62,111 nt of DNA from a virus (taxonomy: Duplodnaviria > Caudoviricetes), in IMG/VR virus record IMGVR_UViG_3300044681_000510, positions 1 to 62,111 of that record. One strand, given 5' to 3'. Under the pieces are notes generated by a model. That model saw only the letters and a program-made list of their open reading frames with translations. It did not search any database and had not been told where the DNA came from. Each line of letters begins with the position of its first letter. Positions within the stretch are counted from its first letter, which is position 1. Positions 57,144 through 62,111 of this stretch are shown here, piece by piece. The position numbers and the translations under genes are program-made.

Positions 57144-57374
57144 TTATCCAGCGGACGCTTTGAATCGAAACGGAGCCTTGGATGCCATCTTAGCTTCTAG
57201 CTCGTCCAAGGTATCTTTGGAGATACCATCAAGCATCTCTCTATTGTCGTTTATAAGCCCTCTAATGACCGTATAAAGCCCCGGAGTACATCGGGTGGGG
57301 TCATCTAGGTCTAAGAGCAACTGACTCAATAAACGGTCATTAAGGCGTTTAATGAGATCCTTGTTATCGGACAT
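57144..57374 (-). CDS. terS: Terminase small subunit (T7 gp18-like)
   Basis: 76 aa; LL..L.DP...TPGLY.VIR.L..DN; directly upstream of terL. Confidence 0.75.
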   Translation of the reverse strand: MSDNKDLIKRLNDRLLSQLLLDLDDPTRCTPGLYTVIRGLINDNREMLDGISKDTLDELEAKMASKAPFRFKASAG

Positions 57375-57375
57375 A

Positions 57376-57486
57376 TTAACCCTTAATCCAACCCTTGATG
57401 CGATCAACATTTATGACATGTCCAGCGACATATCCACCAAAAAACATAAAACAACCAAACCATACACTTCCTAAAAATGATTCCAT
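57376..57486 (-). CDS. Small membrane protein (36 aa)
   Basis: Hand-translated MESFLGSVWFGCFMFFGGYVAGHVINVDRIKGWIKG; AGGAGG RBS. Confidence 0.65.
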   Translation of the reverse strand: MESFLGSVWFGCFMFFGGYVAGHVINVDRIKGWIKG

Positions 57487-57497
57487 AAAAAACCTCC

Positions 57498-57827
57498 TTA
57501 TGTGATTTTTAAAAGACTAATAATAACCTCAACATCTAGACTATTAGATGTTATAAAAATTTCATCATCCTCATCTAAAATAATAGGACCATCTAAAACC
57601 TGTAATGATGATCCATATGGTAACTCAGCGTTTTTTATAATATGAAAATCATCACCTTCACTATCGTCGTACCAACATACAGAAACTATTGCTGAAGAAG
57701 ATGAACTAGTATTTGCTAAATTTATAGCGTTTATAATATTAATACTATTTACGGCGGCAGTAAAGATAGTAGTAGATACGGTTGTAGATGTTGCTCTTCC
57801 TCCAACTGATATGTATTGTTCAGCCAT
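57498..57827 (-). CDS. Hypothetical, probable tail-associated beta protein
   Basis: 109 aa, INLANT...LP.GSSL; in fibre cluster; GAGGAG RBS. Confidence 0.6.
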   Translation of the reverse strand: MAEQYISVGGRATSTTVSTTIFTAAVNSINIINAINLANTSSSSSAIVSVCWYDDSEGDDFHIIKNAELPYGSSLQVLDGPIILDEDDEIFITSNSLDVEVIISLLKIT

Positions 57828-58056
57828 TGTTAAACTCCTCTGGTATGATTATATCGTAGGTATCTTCTATAATTGGTTTTTCTAAGTTAAAAAAAGAATA
57901 CGCTTCCTCTTCATAATCAAACCAATACCACCCATCAACTGGATATGTATGAATATCCTTTTCTTCTTTTAACAAAGTATAATCTTTGTTTTTTACAAAA
58001 TTTGGACCATACAATAATGTTTTTTCTTCTAATTTATAAAAACCTGATTTATTCAT
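57820..58056 (-). CDS. Hypothetical, probable fibre-associated protein
   Basis: GFYK..LLYGPNFV..YPVDGWYWF; follows the repeat protein. Confidence 0.6.
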   Translation of the reverse strand: MNKSGFYKLEEKTLLYGPNFVKNKDYTLLKEEKDIHTYPVDGWYWFDYEEEAYSFFNLEKPIIEDTYDIIIPEEFNNG

Positions 58057-58062
58057 AATATA

Positions 58063-59736
58063 TTATCCTGTTACTGTCCATCCTTTTGCTGTTGCTATTG
58101 TTGGATTGTCTGAAGCTGTTCCCCAATTTCCCGTTACTGTTATTGTTTTAGATGTAACGGTTGGAAGATTTGTATAAACTTCATTTAATTCATCGGGACC
58201 AAGCCTACAACCGGATAAGCTAAACGATAAATTTGGACCTATACAAGAAAATTTTGATAAAGATTGACATGTTGCAAATGTATTTGTCATATTTGTTGCA
58301 GAACTAAAATCTAACGCTGGTAGTTCTGTTACATAACGACATAATTGAAACATACTTTGAAAATTAGTTCCTGAAGAAGTATCCAACAAAGGGAAAACAG
58401 AATTATTTCTTAAAGAAAAACAGTTATAAAACATTTCACTAAAGTTGGTTCCAGATGATGTATCTAGTGCTGGTATTTCTCTTAAAGCCTGACAATCTCT
58501 AAACATTCTATAAAAATTAGTACCAGAAGATGTATCTAGTAATGGAGCTTTCTCTAAACTGTAACACCCATAAAACATTTCTGTAAAGTTGGTTCCATTT
58601 GATGTATCTATAAGAGGGACTTCTTTTAAACTATAACAAAATGAAAACATATTAGAAAAATCCGCTGCTAAAGATGTATCACTAAGAGTTGGTATTTTTT
58701 TTAATCTAGTACAACCATAAAACATCGAATTAAAATGAGTAGAAGAGCTAGTATCAAAATAACTAGGTATTTCTTCTAAATTATTACAGTTTTGAAATAA
58801 CTGACTTAATCTTTTAATTCCTGCTGTACTAAAATAACCAACTTTTCTTAATGCTCTACAACTTGCAAACATAGCAATAAGACCGCTTGCGTTTGTTACT
58901 GAGGATGTATCAAATCCATCTACTTCTCTTAAATTATAACAATCAACAAAACAATAACCAAAATAAGTTGATGATTGTGTTTGCCACATATTTTTCGGTA
59001 ATCTTTTTAATCTATAACACCTATAATATACAGATCCAAAAGAAGTTACATTTTGTGTTGATGGAAAGTTTACAATATTTTCTAAAGAAAAACAATTACC
59101 AAAAGCAATTCCAAGTAAAGTTCCGGCACTAAGAACATCTATTTGTTCTAACATGGAACATTGCGTTGCATTCGATTCACTGGTAGAGCTGATAAAAAGA
59201 TACTGATATGATCCAGCCATTCTAACATCAAGCCATTGATTTCCATGATATGCGTTTAATCCAGCTTCATTGTGTTTTCTATCTAAATAAGCTCTTGTTA
59301 ATGTAGCTCCAGCAGTTTTTGGAGTTACAGTAATAACTAATGTTTTATAATTACGAAAAACATCGCTTGTTAGAGAAGAATAGGTAGAAGAATCGTATTT
59401 TTTATAAGCTACTGTAGCACTGTTATGATCTGAGGTTGTTCCATCACCCCAATCAACGGTATATTGACCAGTACTTGTGTAAAACATAAGAGCAACAAAA
59501 TTAGAGTCATTGTTATAAACAGCATAAACACCAGCAAATTTTTCTTCACTAGAAGATATACTAGGAAGATCCTCCCACTCTGCTGGCCTTACATAGGGAA
59601 CATCTGGGGGTTCTACACTAAGGGCGTTTAATTTATTTAAATAGTTTTTTTGAGGAGTCAAAACACCGTTTAAACTAGATAACATTCTATCCTTACCTAT
59701 ATAACCGTTATTTAATCTTTTACTTCCTTTTTTCAT
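58063..59736 (-). CDS. BspA/DUF285-like leucine-rich repeat protein, putative adhesin
   Basis: About 23-aa repeats P.LDTSSGTNF..MF..C.SL; VDWGDG; C-terminal IATAKGWTV. Confidence 0.8.
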   Translation of the reverse strand: MKKGSKRLNNGYIGKDRMLSSLNGVLTPQKNYLNKLNALSVEPPDVPYVRPAEWEDLPSISSSEEKFAGVYAVYNNDSNFVALMFYTSTGQYTVDWGDGTTSDHNSATVAYKKYDSSTYSSLTSDVFRNYKTLVITVTPKTAGATLTRAYLDRKHNEAGLNAYHGNQWLDVRMAGSYQYLFISSTSESNATQCSMLEQIDVLSAGTLLGIAFGNCFSLENIVNFPSTQNVTSFGSVYYRCYRLKRLPKNMWQTQSSTYFGYCFVDCYNLREVDGFDTSSVTNASGLIAMFASCRALRKVGYFSTAGIKRLSQLFQNCNNLEEIPSYFDTSSSTHFNSMFYGCTRLKKIPTLSDTSLAADFSNMFSFCYSLKEVPLIDTSNGTNFTEMFYGCYSLEKAPLLDTSSGTNFYRMFRDCQALREIPALDTSSGTNFSEMFYNCFSLRNNSVFPLLDTSSGTNFQSMFQLCRYVTELPALDFSSATNMTNTFATCQSLSKFSCIGPNLSFSLSGCRLGPDELNEVYTNLPTVTSKTITVTGNWGTASDNPTIATAKGWTVTG

Positions 59737-60515
59737 AAGAACCAATGCCTCGCTAAACTAGTTACTTGATTTCCATTAATTACCGTAATTCCGTTTGAAG
59801 CTCCCATATTTATGAGTGTAGCAGCACCAAAAGCATTAACTGTTGTTGCGGTGGTATTAAATAATGTTACTAATGTTGAGTTTGTGGTAAGGGTTCCATT
59901 TACAGTTAGATCTCCGTTTATTGTTAAACTGCCGGGTATAGATATTGAATTAGGAACATCGTTAGTTCTACCGGGACCAGTAACAATAATTTCTCCATTA
60001 TTAGTATTAACTCTACCAACTTTACCTATATTTTGAATTAATTCAGTAGCTCCAGTAGGTTTAACATTAGTAAGACCACCACCAACGGCTACATAAAGAG
60101 TTTGACCTACTATGTAACTATTGGTGTTCATTTGTTGAACTACTCCAATTAAAGTTACATATCCAAATTGATTAATACCAACTTGATCTGTGGTTAAACC
60201 CAAGGCTGGCATTTTAGCTGAATTTCCTGCATCTGCTGCTGATACTTCAATAACATTTGTAGCCCCTACAGTACCAGTAATATAAACAGGATGGCCTTTT
60301 GGAATTATTACACCACTTGTATTTTTACATTCTACTTGCAGTTCTCCGATAAAATCTCCTCTAAAATGAACGGCTGATACATCACCCGTAAATGTTCCAT
60401 CTACGGCTGTTATGTCGCCAGTTGTGGTAGTGTAATTACCTACATTATCTATAAGATCTACCGGAGGATCGTTAATAGAATAACCTTCTTTAGAATTAAA
60501 TTTATTAATAGCCAT
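59733..60515 (-). CDS. Putative tail fibre/structural protein
   Basis: KGHPVYITG, MPALGL, GQTLYV..GG.LT..KP; G/T-rich. Confidence 0.65.
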   Translation of the reverse strand: MAINKFNSKEGYSINDPPVDLIDNVGNYTTTTGDITAVDGTFTGDVSAVHFRGDFIGELQVECKNTSGVIIPKGHPVYITGTVGATNVIEVSAADAGNSAKMPALGLTTDQVGINQFGYVTLIGVVQQMNTNSYIVGQTLYVAVGGGLTNVKPTGATELIQNIGKVGRVNTNNGEIIVTGPGRTNDVPNSISIPGSLTINGDLTVNGTLTTNSTLVTLFNTTATTVNAFGAATLINMGASNGITVINGNQVTSLARHWFL

Positions 60516-60525
60516 TAGTTATTCC

Positions 60526-61161
60526 TTATACTGGAGGAAGCCAAACATTATCTTGTGATATAAAACAGAATGCAATTGCTCTATGTAAAGTTGTTGTATT
60601 ATTAGCTGGAGTGATTACTAAATCAAATTTTGTAGTGTTATCAATAAAATTCCATGTACCTAAAGATGAACTTGAAGTACTAAGTCCAGCGTATTCGTTA
60701 TGTAAGACCGTTCCTGTATTGTGATTAAATAATAATAAAAACTTTGTAATTTTTCGATGAACAACAGATTGTGGAAAAATTGTGTTAATTGTATCACCAA
60801 CTTCGCTTTGAACAACAACTTCAGCACAACCATAAACTTGATTAGCTCCAGTAAATTTAGGAAATGAAAGTAAAACTTGGTTAGCAGTAGTACTTCCAGT
60901 CAATAGTTCTCCAGTAAGTACTGTAGAAATATTATTAAAAGATGGTAATATTAGATTAGCGTTTGTATTAAATACAAGATTTCCAGTACCAGTTTCATCA
61001 GTAATAACTTGTGCTAATTGAAGAGATGTTGTGTTAGCAAATTTATTTAAAGTATCTGTTCTTAAAGCAATGTGTGGTGGAACAGTACCAGTAAGAGAAC
61101 CTTTTTGAATCGTTCTATCGCTAGAGTGTTGTCCAAGATCTATAGGTCTTTTACCGGGCAT
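60526..61161 (-). CDS. Putative tail fibre/structural protein
   Basis: TTS.QLA.VITDETGTGNLVF fibre-type motif; start refined to MPGKR. Confidence 0.6.
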   Translation of the reverse strand: MPGKRPIDLGQHSSDRTIQKGSLTGTVPPHIALRTDTLNKFANTTSLQLAQVITDETGTGNLVFNTNANLILPSFNNISTVLTGELLTGSTTANQVLLSFPKFTGANQVYGCAEVVVQSEVGDTINTIFPQSVVHRKITKFLLLFNHNTGTVLHNEYAGLSTSSSSLGTWNFIDNTTKFDLVITPANNTTTLHRAIAFCFISQDNVWLPPV

Positions 61162-61621
61162 TGTTATCAGCCTTTCTCCAAGCAGCATCAAACTCAGGAT
61201 CACTAAGACGCTTGGCTGCTATAAGTTCTCTAATGTTTTCTGGTTTATTGTCATCTAATACAGATTTAGCTAATGATGCTTCTTTGCGTTTGTTGCTTGG
61301 TATCCATCCAATAGCAATTCGTATTGCTTGACCAATACCAGTTTGCCATATAACTATTACAATAGCTACAAAAATAATCATAATAAACCCATATTGTAAA
61401 AGATCTGCCCACCAAGGAGTTGAATCTTTTACCCCACTAATTGCCGAAGCAATATCTTTAGTTTCGTTAAGAATTATTTCTGCGTGTTTATGGGCTACAG
61501 ATATCTCTTCTGTATTTAATATTTGAATTGCATTTTCTTGAACTATGTGGTTACTAGTAGATATCTGATTAACAGAAGAGCAGCCACACAGTAACAACAT
61601 AATTAAGAATAATTTATTCAT
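61151..61621 (-). CDS. Lipoprotein with internal transmembrane helix (spanin candidate)
   Basis: Lipobox LLLCGC; TM YGFIMIIFVAIVIVIW. Confidence 0.6.
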   Translation of the reverse strand: MNKLFLIMLLLCGCSSVNQISTSNHIVQENAIQILNTEEISVAHKHAEIILNETKDIASAISGVKDSTPWWADLLQYGFIMIIFVAIVIVIWQTGIGQAIRIAIGWIPSNKRKEASLAKSVLDDNKPENIRELIAAKRLSDPEFDAAWRKADNNAR

Positions 61622-61877
61622 ATTTAAATTTTTCCAATACCTCTATACGGTGTCTTAATTCTTTTAATTCTCCATAGATGGTAATGATATTTTTACCGTT
61701 TTCAATGTCGGTTTTTACAAGATCTTTTGTAATATCTTTTAAAACTATTAGTTCATCCATATTACGATCAATGATGGCATCTCGTTTACCTAGTTTTAAA
61801 ATTACAGTTACTACTCCTATAGTTAGAATAGCTAGTTGCATAAAAGCAACATAAACAGAGAGTTGATTTTCGTGCAT
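61614..61877 (-). CDS. Holin-like single-TM protein
   Basis: N-terminal TM followed by coiled coil; AAGGA RBS; adjacent to lipoprotein. Confidence 0.55.
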   Translation of the reverse strand: MHENQLSVYVAFMQLAILTIGVVTVILKLGKRDAIIDRNMDELIVLKDITKDLVKTDIENGKNIITIYGELKELRHRIEVLEKFKYE

Positions 61878-61942
61878 GGTGTTATCCTTTTAATATTATT
61901 ATCTTTTTTAAATATAGGCTGATTGTTGTTCCTTGTGTTCTG

Positions 61943-62111
61943 TCAAGACAGCCGCGTAACAATCGCCATTACCCAGCAATATGAATAGTATTGGGATGAG
62001 AAAAGGCGACCAAGTTGCAAGTTCTGCGAGCCAAACGCAGTCCCCTTTGTAAGTCGGATGTCTGTATTGGGAAAGACGGATGAATTAGTGGGAGTTTGAC
62101 TTTCAAATTGC
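61943..62111 (-). CDS. C-terminal fragment of a gene truncated by the window end
   Basis: Open frame ...QFESQTPTNSSVFPNTDIRLTKG...CWVMAIVTRLS ending at TGA 61943-61945. Confidence 0.5.
   Translation of the reverse strand, partial: QFESQTPTNSSVFPNTDIRLTKGTAFGSQNLQLGRLFSSQYYSYCWVMAIVTRLS

Noticed and set aside
57376-57486. Apparent frameshift in the small membrane ORF
   Set aside because: Recounting the T6 run gives an intact 36-aa frame.
13-60036. Plus-strand ORFs and nested alternate-frame ORFs in the track
   Set aside because: They are shadows of well-supported minus-strand genes, or overlap structured non-coding regions, and lack RBS and motifs.
58063-62111. Diversity-generating retroelement acting on fibres
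   Set aside because: No reverse transcriptase and no template/variable repeat pair seen in the window.
1-62111. Stop-codon reassignment
   Set aside because: Standard code gives full-length genes with high coding density; no suppressor anticodon (the UAA anticodon reads UUA).

Overview
A near-complete, circularly permuted genome of a large T7-like (Autographiviridae-type) podophage; essentially all real genes are on the minus strand. Read on that strand, the genome starts near 39,050. It opens with a GC-rich, densely folded leader behind a host sigma70 promoter, then small early genes and a cluster of five tRNAs, then a single-subunit RNA polymerase. Replication and nucleotide genes follow (SSB, RusA, ThyX, deaminase, primase-helicase, PurA, GuaC, Pol A, dNMP kinase, exonuclease, dUTPase, class II RNR), then portal, scaffold, capsid, tail tubes and a tail fibre that runs off base 1. 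The genome resumes at 62,111 with lysis-like and fibre genes, terminase, and ejection proteins, including a 3,515-aa polyvalent protein, and ends with tRNA-Asn and a T7-like terminal region. Highlights: (1) a coherent toolkit for an AT-rich phage in a GC-rich host (GuaC+PurA for G-to-A; deaminase+dUTPase+ThyX for C-to-T; five U34 tRNAs); (2) a giant ejection protein with metallopeptidase and ADP-ribosyltransferase-like cargo; (3) about 1.5 kb of structured non-coding leader with repeated co-varying UGAAAUAU hairpins and a GAWTC cluster; (4) atypical tRNAs and a tRNA-like element with an elongated anticodon arm. All calls come from motif recognition by eye; no searches were run.
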